Below are positions 7,789 through 16,676 of a stretch of 30,634 nt of DNA, one piece after another; within the stretch, counting starts at the first letter, position 1, and every line of letters starts with the position of its first letter. A program made the position numbers and the translations under genes. This DNA comes from a virus (lineage: Duplodnaviria; Heunggongvirae; Uroviricota; Caudoviricetes), in the IMG/VR virus record IMGVR_UViG_2563366824_000009; one strand, 5' to 3'. The notes below the pieces were generated by a model. It worked only from the letters and a program-made list of their open reading frames with translations. It ran no database searches and was not told the DNA's origin.

Positions 7789-7983
7789 ATGCAAAATCCC
7801 CTTTCATCGAAAAATGACCCGTTTGCCGATTGGGCAAAGAATCTGACTTTAATGGCTTTAAATAACGACCTGAGCTCTCGCGAGGTGGAAAGCTACACCG
7901 CAAAAATGGTCGAGCAGGCCGGTAAAGATGAGCTATCAGTCGTTATCAAACACCTGTTAAATCACATCAGAATGCGCAAATAA
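7789..7983 (+). CDS. Hypothetical small protein (variable region); possibly distant paralogue of 7446..7655
   Basis: Start moved to ATG 7789 (MQNPLSS...) with GAGG about 9 nt upstream, because the ORF-track start overlaps repeat copy 2. Confidence 0.4.
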   Translation: MQNPLSSKNDPFADWAKNLTLMALNNDLSSREVESYTAKMVEQAGKDELSVVIKHLLNHIRMRK

Positions 7984-7999
7984 GAGGAACTATATAAAT

Positions 8000-8101
8000 A
8001 TGTTATCTCTCGTTTATGAAAATCCGTGGACGACGATTTTTCTGATGATTGTTGCCAGCATGTGCCTCAACAGTGTTATTGGCGCATTGCGCGGTCATTA
8101 A
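8000..8101 (+). CDS. 33-aa hydrophobic peptide MLSLVYENPWTTIFLMIVASMCLNSVIGALRGH (small membrane peptide)
   Basis: Not in ORF track (too short); AAGAGGA at 7982..7988 before ATG 8000; single predicted TM helix; followed by terminator. Confidence 0.35.
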   Translation: MLSLVYENPWTTIFLMIVASMCLNSVIGALRGH

Positions 8102-8122
8102 TCGCGACAAAACCAGACTAAA

Positions 8123-8150
8123 GCCGGCACCCTGAATGCCGGTTTTTTTA
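8123..8150 (+). terminator. Rho-independent terminator (CCGGCA / TGCCGG stem, 7-nt loop, T7 tract)
   Basis: Stem 8124..8129 with 8137..8142 followed by TTTTTTT at 8143..8149. Confidence 0.55.
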
Positions 8151-8309
8151 TGCCATTTTTCCGCGAATTTCCCGTTTTTTAGTCGTGCATGCATCAGGTG
8201 CATGGTTTTGCATGCGTCAGTCTTGCCCGTTCTGTTCGTGCGCCGCCAGAGCTAGCGCGGATCCAGAGTTGTCATGCAACTGCATTAAAACCGCCCCATA
8301 AAGCGGGCA

Positions 8310-8328
8310 GGCGTGGCGGGGAAAGCAT
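8310..8328. other. cos cohesive-end site GGCGTGGCGGGGAAAGCAT (186/P2 type)
   Basis: 19-mer matches the P2/186 cohesive-end sequence as recalled from memory (0-2 mismatches); position between A-side genes and portal Q as in P2 prophage maps. Confidence 0.55.
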
Positions 8329-8532
8329 TGCGCGCCAGCGGTGGTGCGTATTATTAAAAATTATCGTCTGAGAACGTCGTGACGGCGCTGTAGTGGCCGG
8401 GTGTGATCGTGGGCGCGTGGTGCGTCTGTGGCGTGGTGCTAAAGGATGGGATCAGTTGCACAATTTTACGGTTTCGCTTTGGCTAATATCCATATTGAGA
8501 CTTTATGTTCCCCACAACAGTTGGAGGCTTTA

Positions 8533-8757
8533 ATGGATAACTATCATATTACAAAAGATGGCGATAAGTGGAAGTTGCAAAAAGAGGGCAATGACCGCCC
8601 TAGCAAGACCGCGACCACAAAGGCCGAGCTGATTAAAACAACATCTGAGTTTATGTCGAACAAAACAGGCTCGGTCAAAATTCACAAGGAAGATGGGAAA
8701 ATTCAGGAAGAACGCACTTATCAGAGAAAAGATGATCCTAAAAAGTCTAAAGGCTAA
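8533..8757 (+). CDS. DUF2188-like small protein
   Basis: 74 aa from ATG 8533 with GGAGG SD; pattern YHITKDGDKWKL...GSVKIHKEDGKIQEERTYQRKDDP resembles the DUF2188 family. Confidence 0.5.
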   Translation: MDNYHITKDGDKWKLQKEGNDRPSKTATTKAELIKTTSEFMSNKTGSVKIHKEDGKIQEERTYQRKDDPKKSKG

Positions 8758-8760
8758 CAT

Positions 8761-8785
8761 AGCAAAAGCCGCCAAAATGGCGGCT
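8761..8785 (-). terminator. Terminator hairpin downstream of portal gene (8-bp stem AGCCGCCA/TGGCGGCT, loop AAA)
   Basis: Perfect inverted repeat 8767..8785; T-rich on minus strand after the stem; also lies 3' of the plus-strand DUF2188 gene. Confidence 0.5.
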
Positions 8786-8795
8786 TAAAAGGTGA

Positions 8796-9842
8796 TTATT
8801 CCGGGTTGTCGAGTGTGTACTCTTTGAACCTGATGACCTCCATACCGAGCCAGTCGTTTACCTCCCTGAACCTATCCTGCAGGGGTGACAGCTCATTACG
8901 CACAAATACCTTTGCCACCTTCTCAACGTCACCGAGTGAACCGATATTCTCGGGCTTGCCGCCCATGAGCTGGAACGGTACGCGGTGCGCGTCCATCAGA
9001 TCGGCGGCACTGGCCTTCTTGATGTTGAAAAAGTCATCCTTTGTGGCGACCTCGCTCAGTGGCACGATTTTGATGCCGTCCGGTTTTCCGCCGGGAGCGT
9101 AGAAAAACAGGTTCTTAAAGTTGCCGAGCCCTTTTGAGTTGCGCATCGCCTCGCGCAGCGATTCGACGTCGGTCGCGCTCTGCGCCGGGTCAGTCACATA
9201 CATGATGTAACCCGCGTGCGCGCCGTTCTGATAATACTTGCGGCGGAACAGCGTCGCGGATTCATTCAGCCAGGCGGAATTTAGCGCGCTGAGATATTCG
9301 GGCAGGCCGTAAATCTCCTGATTAATGTCGGGCTCCAGCAGGTGAAACACGGTATCAGGCGCGAACTCGTGCGGCTGGGTGAAGTTTTCCACAAACCAGA
9401 AAATCGAATCGTCGACTCCGCGTCGGGTGTATTTGGCTGGCGAGGCCAGCAGTTTGATTAACTGGCCGGTGACACTGTGGCGCTGCTCAAGAAAGGCGTT
9501 ACCGAACACCAGATAATCGAGCGCAAAGCGGCTGAAATCCTGACGGGATAACAACGGGTGCGGAATGTAGGTGCTCGCGAGCACGTTACGCTTAACATAA
9601 ATTGGCGAGCTGTGATGCACGGCAGAGCGCAGGCTCTTTGCCAGCCCTGAGAAGCTGACCGGCGGCTCGTACCATTTGCCGTTACTGATGCACTCGACGT
9701 AATCCAGAATGTCGCGCTTATCGAGTACCGGCACCGGCTCGCCGAAGGTGAACGCTGTCGTTTTTGGCGGTGCGCTGGCGGTCAGTTGTTGTGGTTTGCT
9801 GGCCTTTTGTGCGTTGGCTTTACGGGATTTTTGTTTACCCAT
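8796..9842 (-). CDS. Q: Portal protein (P2 gpQ family)
   Basis: 348 aa (P2 Q about 344 aa); adjacent to and co-oriented with terminase P, divergent from O. Confidence 0.9.
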   Translation of the reverse strand: MGKQKSRKANAQKASKPQQLTASAPPKTTAFTFGEPVPVLDKRDILDYVECISNGKWYEPPVSFSGLAKSLRSAVHHSSPIYVKRNVLASTYIPHPLLSRQDFSRFALDYLVFGNAFLEQRHSVTGQLIKLLASPAKYTRRGVDDSIFWFVENFTQPHEFAPDTVFHLLEPDINQEIYGLPEYLSALNSAWLNESATLFRRKYYQNGAHAGYIMYVTDPAQSATDVESLREAMRNSKGLGNFKNLFFYAPGGKPDGIKIVPLSEVATKDDFFNIKKASAADLMDAHRVPFQLMGGKPENIGSLGDVEKVAKVFVRNELSPLQDRFREVNDWLGMEVIRFKEYTLDNPE

Positions 9843-9843
9843 T

Positions 9844-11613
9844 TTAGTTGAACTCCAGAATAGATTTAGGCTGCATGCCGCTACCGGCAGAAAGCGGTTC
9901 GTTTAACAGGGCGTGCATGGTCGCCCATGCGATATCGGCGTGGCTGGCTTCCTCGGTGCGGCTGGCCTCATAGGTGGCGCTGCGCCCGCTGCTGGTCATG
10001 GTTTTGCGGATGGACATAAACGACTGCGTGACGTCGGTTGCTCCGGCGTCGTACTCCAGACAGCCACGGCGAATGGTGTCTTTCGCCTTGAGTACCATTG
10101 CGGTTTTCATTTCAGGTGTGTAACGGATGCCGCGTGCCGCCGGGTAAAATGAGCGCACCAGCTGGAACACGCCGAGACCGAGGCCGGTTGCGTCAATGCC
10201 GATGTATTCGACGTTGTATTTCTCGGTCAGCTTGCGGATGCCCTCTGCCTGTGCTGCAAAATCCATGCCCTTCCACTGGTGGTGCTCCAGCATGCGGAAC
10301 TTGCCACCAGAGACCACCGGCGGCGCGAGCACGACGCACCCGGCACTGTCGCCGGTGTGTGACGGGTCGTAGCCAATCCAGACAGGACGAGAGCCGAACG
10401 GATGGTCGGCGAACGGGGCAAAGTCCTCCCATTCCTCCATCACATCGACCATGCAGCGCTGCAGCTCCTCGAACGGGAATACCGACGCTTTATCGTCGAC
10501 AAACTCGCACATAAACAGGTTCTTAAAGTCCTCATCACTGTTTTCGCGTTTGAGCTGGTCGAGGTCGAACAGGGTGCAGCCACCCGCAAGGGCGTCCTCA
10601 ATGGTGACAATCTGCCGCCACTGGCCATCGTCGCAGAGCTGGCCACCGGCGAGCGCGCTGTGACTGATGTCGATTTCGATGCGGTCGGCAATCCGGCTGC
10701 GCCCCTTGTTGAACAGCTCGCCAGACCAGAAGGGGTAAGCGCCGTGCGCCAGCGTGGAAGGTGTCGAAAAATAGGTCGAGCGCAGGTGCTTTTGCGAGGC
10801 CATGCCCGAGGCGACTTTGCGCAGTTTCTGAAAATTCGGGATCCAGAATATTTCATCGACATACAGATCGCCGTTATGGCTCTGCGCGGTGTTGGAATTG
10901 GTACCGAGAAAAATCAGTTTTGCGCCGTTGTTACCGATGACAATCGGGTCGCCAGTCAGGTCAACGTCGACCAGTCGCGCAAACTGGATGATGTATTCGC
11001 GGAACACGTAAGCCTGCGTTTTACTGGCTGATAAAAATATCTGGTTATGGCCGGTTTTGAGTGCGCGCAGCAGTGCCTCGCGGGAGAAATAGAATGTCGC
11101 GCCAATCTGGCGGGATTTGAGAATGTCACGAATACGGTGCTCCAGTCCTGCGCGGTACCACTGCAACTGGTACTCGAAAGACTGGTCGAAAAATAATTCC
11201 TCTAGTTTATCGATAGCCTCGTCGCTGAAAAAATTCTTTTTCGGCTTTTTGCGCTCCCCTTTGTTGCGGTTGGCGACGTTGGGGTTAAGGTCGGCTTCGT
11301 TGCCGGTCTGGCTGTAGCGGTTGACTCGCGCCAACCGTTCAATCTGCCGTCCGAGCAGGTCAATCTCTTTGAAATCACCCCCTGTCTTTTGCGGCTTGGC
11401 GATGAGCTGAATCAGCCTAGCCTCAAGGCTGCTTTCAACGCGGGAAATCGGCGCGATGCCGTCCCAGCCGTCGCGCTGCTTCCAGCTCTGCACGGTCGGG
11501 CGCTTGACCTGCAGCATTTCGGCAATCTGTGGCACGGAAAAACCCTGCCAGTAAAGCAGCGATGCCTGCCGTCGCGGGTCATGCAACAAGGTTGTATCGG
11601 TGGAAATGGTCAT
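9844..11613 (-). CDS. P: Terminase large (ATPase) subunit (P2 gpP family)
   Basis: 589 aa; position and length as P2 P. Confidence 0.9.
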   Translation of the reverse strand: MTISTDTTLLHDPRRQASLLYWQGFSVPQIAEMLQVKRPTVQSWKQRDGWDGIAPISRVESSLEARLIQLIAKPQKTGGDFKEIDLLGRQIERLARVNRYSQTGNEADLNPNVANRNKGERKKPKKNFFSDEAIDKLEELFFDQSFEYQLQWYRAGLEHRIRDILKSRQIGATFYFSREALLRALKTGHNQIFLSASKTQAYVFREYIIQFARLVDVDLTGDPIVIGNNGAKLIFLGTNSNTAQSHNGDLYVDEIFWIPNFQKLRKVASGMASQKHLRSTYFSTPSTLAHGAYPFWSGELFNKGRSRIADRIEIDISHSALAGGQLCDDGQWRQIVTIEDALAGGCTLFDLDQLKRENSDEDFKNLFMCEFVDDKASVFPFEELQRCMVDVMEEWEDFAPFADHPFGSRPVWIGYDPSHTGDSAGCVVLAPPVVSGGKFRMLEHHQWKGMDFAAQAEGIRKLTEKYNVEYIGIDATGLGLGVFQLVRSFYPAARGIRYTPEMKTAMVLKAKDTIRRGCLEYDAGATDVTQSFMSIRKTMTSSGRSATYEASRTEEASHADIAWATMHALLNEPLSAGSGMQPKSILEFN

Positions 11614-11778
11614 TGATGCCTCGCCGTAGTGGATTCAGGGCAAGGCTACTTAATGGCCGTCAGTGATTCGCTAAGGTGCTGTTGTGTGGGCGGTTGTCCA
11701 GTCGTCATTGGTGGTCTGGCGTGTCCTGAGTCTGGAAACTGGCGGTGACCAGTAACCTCAACCTCAGGACTCCTGACA

Positions 11779-12633
11779 ATGGCAAAAAAAGTCTCAAAAT
11801 TCTTTCGCATCGGCGTCGAGGGTGACACCTGCGACGGCCGCATTATCAGCGGCAACGATATTCAGGAAATGGCCGAATCGTTTGACCCTCGCGTCTACGG
11901 TTGCCGCATTAACCTTGAGCATATTCGCGGTCTCTTTCCTGATGGCGACTTCAAACGCTTAGGCGATGTGGTTGAACTGAAAGCTGAAATAATTGACGAC
12001 GATTCTGCGCTTAACGGCAAATGGGCGTTGTTCGCCAGAATCACCCCAACCGACGACCTGATTGCGATGAATAAAAAATTGCAGAAGGTCTACACCTCAA
12101 TGGAAATTCAGCCGAATTTTGCCAATACCGGCAAATGCTACCTCGTCGGCCTTGCTGTCACCGATGACCCGGCGAGCCTCGGCACTGAATACCTCGAATT
12201 CTGCCGCAACGCGAAGCACAACCCTCTGCAGCGCTTTAAGGCCAACCCTGAAAACGTTTTTTCCGCTGCCACGCTGGCCGAACTGGAATTTGAAGACGTT
12301 CCCGATACGGTGCTAAACAGCCTGGCAGATAAGGTGAAAGCCATTTTCAGCCGTAAGCAGGTCAGCGACGATGCGCGCCTGAATGATGTGCATGAAGCGG
12401 TGACCACCGTCAGCGAGCATGTGCAGACCAACCTCACTGCGCAGGATAAGCGTCTTTCCGCTATGGAAGCCGCACTTACCACCTTTAAACAGGAACTGAC
12501 CGGCAAGATTGAAGAAACCAGCCAGGCATTTTCCGCCCTGAAAGCCACCCTCGACAAAACCGAAAGTTTCAGCCAGCCGCGACGCACGAAAGCCAGCGGC
12601 GGTGGTGGCGATGAGCTGCTGACCGACTGCTGA
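11779..12633 (+). CDS. O: Capsid scaffolding protein (P2 gpO family)
   Basis: 284 aa, same as P2 O; first gene of rightward late operon. Confidence 0.85.
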   Translation: MAKKVSKFFRIGVEGDTCDGRIISGNDIQEMAESFDPRVYGCRINLEHIRGLFPDGDFKRLGDVVELKAEIIDDDSALNGKWALFARITPTDDLIAMNKKLQKVYTSMEIQPNFANTGKCYLVGLAVTDDPASLGTEYLEFCRNAKHNPLQRFKANPENVFSAATLAELEFEDVPDTVLNSLADKVKAIFSRKQVSDDARLNDVHEAVTTVSEHVQTNLTAQDKRLSAMEAALTTFKQELTGKIEETSQAFSALKATLDKTESFSQPRRTKASGGGGDELLTDC

Positions 12634-12709
12634 TAAACCGCAGACCAGAAACCGGGCGGTAACTCCGCCCGATGCAGTGACTAACCGATAAATTCAAACA
12701 GGAAATACT

Positions 12710-13777
12710 ATGCGCCCGGAAACCCGTTTTAAGTTCAATGCCTATCTGACCCGCGTCGCTGAGCTGAACGGCATCAGCACTGATGACGTCAGTAAAAAAT
12801 TCACCGTCGAGCCGTCCGTCACGCAAACGCTGATGAACAAAGTGCAGGAGTCATCCGCGTTTCTGCAGACGATTAACATTCTGCCGGTCGCAGAAATGAA
12901 GGGTGAGAAAATCGGCGTCGGTGTGACCGGTACTATCGCCAGCACGACCGACACCTCGGGCGATGATGAGCGTAAGACCGCAGACTTCACCGCGCTTGAG
13001 TCCAACAAGTACGAGTGCGACCAGATTAACTTTGACTTCCATCTGAAATATAAAACCCTCGACCTGTGGGCGCGTTTTCAGGACTTTCAGCGCCGCATCC
13101 GTGACGCCATTGTTAAGCGTCAGGCGCTCGATTTCATCATGGCCGGTTTTAACGGTACCACTCGCGCCGCCACCTCTGACCGCACCAAAAATCCGATGCT
13201 GCAGGATGTAGCCGTCGGCTGGCTGCAGAAATACCGCAACGAAGCCCCGACGCGTGTGATGAGCAATATCACCGATGCTGACGGTAAGGTCGTTTCGGCA
13301 GTGATTCGCGTCGGTAAAAACGGCGACTATGAGAACCTCGACGCGCTGGTGATGGATGCTACCAACAACCTGATTGACGAGGTTTATCAGGATGACCCGA
13401 AACTCGTTGCCATCGTTGGCCGTAAGCTGCTGGCCGACAAATATTTCCCGCTGGTGAACAAGCCGCAAGAAAACAGCGAAGCGCTCGCGGCAGATATCAT
13501 CATCAGCCAGAAGCGAATCGGCAACCTGCCTGCTGTGCGTGTGCCGTACTTCCCGGCGAATGCCGTGTTAGTGACAACGCTGGAAAACCTCTCTATCTAT
13601 TTCATGGATGAGAGCCACCGCCGCAGCATTGATGAAAACCCGAAAAAAGACCGCGTGGAAAACTACGAGTCAATGAATATCGACTATGTGGTCGAGGCGT
13701 ATGCCGCCGGGTGTCTGCTGGAAAACATCACCCTGGGCGATTTCACCGCACCTGCAGCACCGGAAAGCGGAGAGTAA
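12710..13777 (+). CDS. N: Major capsid protein (P2 gpN family)
   Basis: 355 aa; position between O and M. Confidence 0.9.
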   Translation: MRPETRFKFNAYLTRVAELNGISTDDVSKKFTVEPSVTQTLMNKVQESSAFLQTINILPVAEMKGEKIGVGVTGTIASTTDTSGDDERKTADFTALESNKYECDQINFDFHLKYKTLDLWARFQDFQRRIRDAIVKRQALDFIMAGFNGTTRAATSDRTKNPMLQDVAVGWLQKYRNEAPTRVMSNITDADGKVVSAVIRVGKNGDYENLDALVMDATNNLIDEVYQDDPKLVAIVGRKLLADKYFPLVNKPQENSEALAADIIISQKRIGNLPAVRVPYFPANAVLVTTLENLSIYFMDESHRRSIDENPKKDRVENYESMNIDYVVEAYAAGCLLENITLGDFTAPAAPESGE

Positions 13778-13781
13778 GCCC

Positions 13782-14531
13782 ATGACGAGCCCCGCACAGC
13801 GTCACATGATGCGGGTCTCGGCCTCTCAAGCCGCGCAGCGGGAACAAGCCCCGCTGCGCCATGCAACCGCCTACGAGCAGATGCTGGTAAAGCTGGCCGA
13901 TGACCGCCGCACGTTGAAAACCATCCGTTCAAACGAACTGAAAGCCGCGAAAAAGCGTGAGCTGCTGCCGTTCTATGCGCCGTGGGTCGCCGGTGTGCTG
14001 GCTGATGGCCGTGGTGCGCAGGATGACATTCTGATGACAGTCATGCTGTGGCGTCTCGATGCCGGTGATATCGCTGGCGCGCTGGAAATTGCGCCATACG
14101 CGCTGAAGTACGGCCTCACCTCTGACTATCGCCGCACGACACCTTACATGCTGGTTGAGGAGGTGGCGCTTGCCGCGCTGCGCCTGCGCGATACCGGTGA
14201 GCCTGTCGACCTCGCATTACTGCTGACCACCCTTAGCCTGACCGACGGCGCTGACGTTCCCGATATGGTGCGCGCTCGACTGCATAAGGTGACCGGTCTA
14301 ACCCTGCGCGATGCCGGTCAGAGCGCCGAAGCACTGGCACAGTTTCAGCGCGCGATGCAGCTCGACCGCAATGCCGGTGTGCGCAAAGAGATTGAGCGAC
14401 TGGAGCGGGCATTGAAGCCTAAGCCCGATGCCGCGCCCCGTAAAACGACTAAACCGCGCACGCGCAAACCTGCCACCAAACCGGCGGCAAAGCGCGGGCG
14501 TCCACCAAAGGCGGTAAAAACCGCCGGTTAA
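13782..14531 (+). CDS. M: Terminase small/endonuclease subunit (P2 gpM family)
   Basis: Start at ATG 13782 (MTSPAQRH...) with GGAGAG SD; 249 aa; basic Lys/Arg/Pro-rich C-terminus. Confidence 0.8.
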   Translation: MTSPAQRHMMRVSASQAAQREQAPLRHATAYEQMLVKLADDRRTLKTIRSNELKAAKKRELLPFYAPWVAGVLADGRGAQDDILMTVMLWRLDAGDIAGALEIAPYALKYGLTSDYRRTTPYMLVEEVALAALRLRDTGEPVDLALLLTTLSLTDGADVPDMVRARLHKVTGLTLRDAGQSAEALAQFQRAMQLDRNAGVRKEIERLERALKPKPDAAPRKTTKPRTRKPATKPAAKRGRPPKAVKTAG

Positions 14532-14624
14532 CTGAACGCTCCCCGAGCCGGGCGGCACGCCGGTCAAAGCGGGTTTTGACCCTGACGGCGACCGGCGTCC
14601 ACCGCCCAACCTAATGAGGTTGTC

Positions 14625-15134
14625 ATGACGACAGTAATACTGAATCAGCCCGACGAACCGCAGGACGTACCGGGCGTGGTGATTCCCGCACCGGAGACGG
14701 GCGACGCAGTGATTAAAAACACGTTCTTTTTCCCTGATGTGGATCCGAAGCGGGTGCGCGAGCTGATGCGCCTTGAGCAGACGGTTTCCGATGCGCGCCT
14801 GCGCAACGCCATCAAGACCGGCATGGCGGAAACCAATGCGGAGCTTTACGACTACCGGCTGCGCCAGATTGTCGCAGGGTTTAAGACACTGGCCGACGTG
14901 CCTGACGCCGAGGAAATCGACGGCGAGAATGTGCGCGTTTTCCACTACCTCAGCGCCGTGACGGCGATGGCGACCGCCACCCTGTATGAGCGTTATCGCG
15001 GGGTTGAGGCCACCGGCAAGGGTGACAAAAAAGCCGACAGCGTCGAAACCACCATTGATGACCTGTGGCGGGATATGCGCTGGTCGGTCTCGCGCCTGCA
15101 GGGTAAGCCGCGCTGCATCGTGGGTCAGCTCTGA
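14625..15134 (+). CDS. L: Head completion/stabilisation protein (P2 gpL family)
   Basis: 169 aa, identical length to P2 L; position. Confidence 0.85.
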   Translation: MTTVILNQPDEPQDVPGVVIPAPETGDAVIKNTFFFPDVDPKRVRELMRLEQTVSDARLRNAIKTGMAETNAELYDYRLRQIVAGFKTLADVPDAEEIDGENVRVFHYLSAVTAMATATLYERYRGVEATGKGDKKADSVETTIDDLWRDMRWSVSRLQGKPRCIVGQL

Positions 15135-15337
15135 TGAAAGTCTACGCGATGCAGGGCGACACCATCGACGCGCTTTGCGCCCGGCATTACGGGCGCACTG
15201 AGGGCGTGGTCGAGGCGGTGCTGCAGGCTAATCCCGGTCTGTCTGAGCTGGGCGTCATTCTGCCGCATGGCACGGCAATTGACCTGCCCGACGTGGCATC
15301 GTCACCCGTAACAGAAACTATCAACCTTTGGGAGTAA
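15134..15337 (+). CDS. X: Tail protein X (P2 gpX family)
   Basis: 67 aa, same as P2 X; position before holin. Confidence 0.8.
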   Translation: MKVYAMQGDTIDALCARHYGRTEGVVEAVLQANPGLSELGVILPHGTAIDLPDVASSPVTETINLWE

Positions 15338-15340
15338 ACC

Positions 15341-15637
15341 ATGACAGAAGGGGAAAAAGGCGTCCTGTCACTGTTTGTGATTGGCGTGATGATTGTTGTC
15401 GGAAAAGTGCTGGCGGGTGGTGAGCCCATTACCCCGCGCCTGTTTATCGGCCGCATGCTGCTCGGCGGTTTTGTTTCAATGGTCGCCGGTGTTGTTCTGG
15501 TGCAGTTTCCAGATATGTCACTGCCTGCCGTTTGTGGGATTGGATCCATGCTCGGCATTGCAGGTTATCAGGTGGTGGAAATCGCCATTCAGCGCCGCTT
15601 TAAGTCACAACAGGGGGATAGCGATGCCGGTCATTAA
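15341..15637 (+). CDS. Holin
   Basis: 98 aa with three hydrophobic segments and charged C-terminus; immediately upstream of endolysin with overlapping start. Confidence 0.7.
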   Translation: MTEGEKGVLSLFVIGVMIVVGKVLAGGEPITPRLFIGRMLLGGFVSMVAGVVLVQFPDMSLPAVCGIGSMLGIAGYQVVEIAIQRRFKSQQGDSDAGH

Positions 15638-16121
15638 TACTCACCAGAATATCGCCGCGTTTCTGGACATGCTGGCCTATTCCGAAGGGACGGCGATGCA
15701 TCCGCTGACGAAAAATCGTGGTTACGACGTCATTGTCACTGGCATTGATGGCAAGCCGGAAATTTTCACCGACTACACCGACCACCCTTTCGCACATGGC
15801 AGACCAGCGAAAGTGTTTAATCGACGCGGCGAAAAATCCACGGCATCAGGGCGTTACCAGCAGCTTTATCTCTACTGGCCGCACTATCAGAAACAGCTCG
15901 CATTGCCTGATTTCAGCCCGTTGTCGCAGGACAAACTTGCGATTCAGTTAATCCGGGAGCGCAGTGCCATTGAGGATATTAAAGCGGGGCGTATTGAGCG
16001 AGCAATTTCACGTTGCCGCAATATATGGGCGTCGCTGCCGGGTGCAGGTTACGGCCAGCGTGAGCACAGCCTCGACAAACTGGTCACTGTGTGGCGCACG
16101 GCTGGCGGGGTGATGGCATGA
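15624..16121 (+). CDS. K: Endolysin (lysozyme-like; P2 gpK family)
   Basis: Start at ATG 15624 (MPVINTHQNIAAFLDMLAYSEGT...), AGGGGGA SD; 165 aa; ORF-track upstream extension rejected. Confidence 0.85.
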   Translation: MPVINTHQNIAAFLDMLAYSEGTAMHPLTKNRGYDVIVTGIDGKPEIFTDYTDHPFAHGRPAKVFNRRGEKSTASGRYQQLYLYWPHYQKQLALPDFSPLSQDKLAIQLIRERSAIEDIKAGRIERAISRCRNIWASLPGAGYGQREHSLDKLVTVWRTAGGVMA

Positions 16122-16531
16122 AAATCCTGATAACGCTGCTGGTGATGGCCGTGCTCGGGCTGCTGTGGTTGCGCCATGAGAACGGCAATTTATCCCGCTC
16201 CTTTGAGACGGCAAACCGCGTCGCAAGCGAACAAAAGACGACGATTGGCATGCTGAAAAATCAGCTCAGTGTTGCCGGTCAGCTTGCCCGACGTAATGAA
16301 TCCGCGCAGGTGGAACTGCGCGAACAGCTCGCAAAGGCCAGCGCAGAGGCCAGCCGCCGTGAGCAGACGATAACGAGGTTACTTAATGAAAATGAAGCCT
16401 TTCGCCGCTGGTATAACGCTGCTTTGCCTGATGTTGTGCGTCGGCTGCACACCCGCACCGCCTGCGCCAGTGCCGGTAATTGTGGTCAGCGGATGCCCGA
16501 GGGTGAGCCTTTGTCCGATGCCGGGAAGTGA
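16118..16531 (+). CDS. lysB: Rz-like i-spanin (LysB-like)
   Basis: ATG 16118 overlaps endolysin stop (ATGA); N-terminal TM helix (ILITLLVMAVLGLLWL) then coiled-coil-like region. Confidence 0.65.
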   Translation: MKILITLLVMAVLGLLWLRHENGNLSRSFETANRVASEQKTTIGMLKNQLSVAGQLARRNESAQVELREQLAKASAEASRREQTITRLLNENEAFRRWYNAALPDVVRRLHTRTACASAGNCGQRMPEGEPLSDAGK

Positions 16532-16676
16532 CCCGAAAACCAATGGTGACCTGAGCGCAGATATCCGCCGTCTTGAGGGCGCGCTGACCGCCTGCGCGCT
16601 GCAGGTTAAAACCGTCAAACACTGTCAGGATGAACTCGATGCAGAAGCACAAAAGCCTGCGCAAAGCGCTGATTAA
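16386..16676 (+). CDS. lysC: Rz1-like o-spanin lipoprotein (LysC-like), overlapping lysB 3' end in another frame
   Basis: 96 aa; signal/lipobox-like LMLCVGC followed by proline-rich PAPPAPVPV; overlapped architecture typical of P2 lysB/lysC. Confidence 0.6.
   Translation: MKMKPFAAGITLLCLMLCVGCTPAPPAPVPVIVVSGCPRVSLCPMPGSDPKTNGDLSADIRRLEGALTACALQVKTVKHCQDELDAEAQKPAQSAD

Noticed and set aside
9913-11031. Plus-strand ORFs (79, 138 and 209 aa) antisense to terminase P
   Set aside because: Arg/Pro/Ala-rich low-complexity translations typical of antisense frames in GC-rich coding DNA; no SD; fully contained within a well-supported gene.
12851-13468. 205-aa minus-strand ORF inside the major capsid gene
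   Set aside because: Antisense to a confident structural gene; no start-site signals; composition artefact.
14298-14945. 215-aa minus-strand ORF across the M/L junction
   Set aside because: Antisense, overlaps two syntenic late genes; no supporting signals.
15393-16121. 242-aa ORF spanning holin region and endolysin
   Set aside because: N-terminal 77 codons are an out-of-frame overlap of the holin gene; the endolysin starts at ATG 15624 with its own SD.
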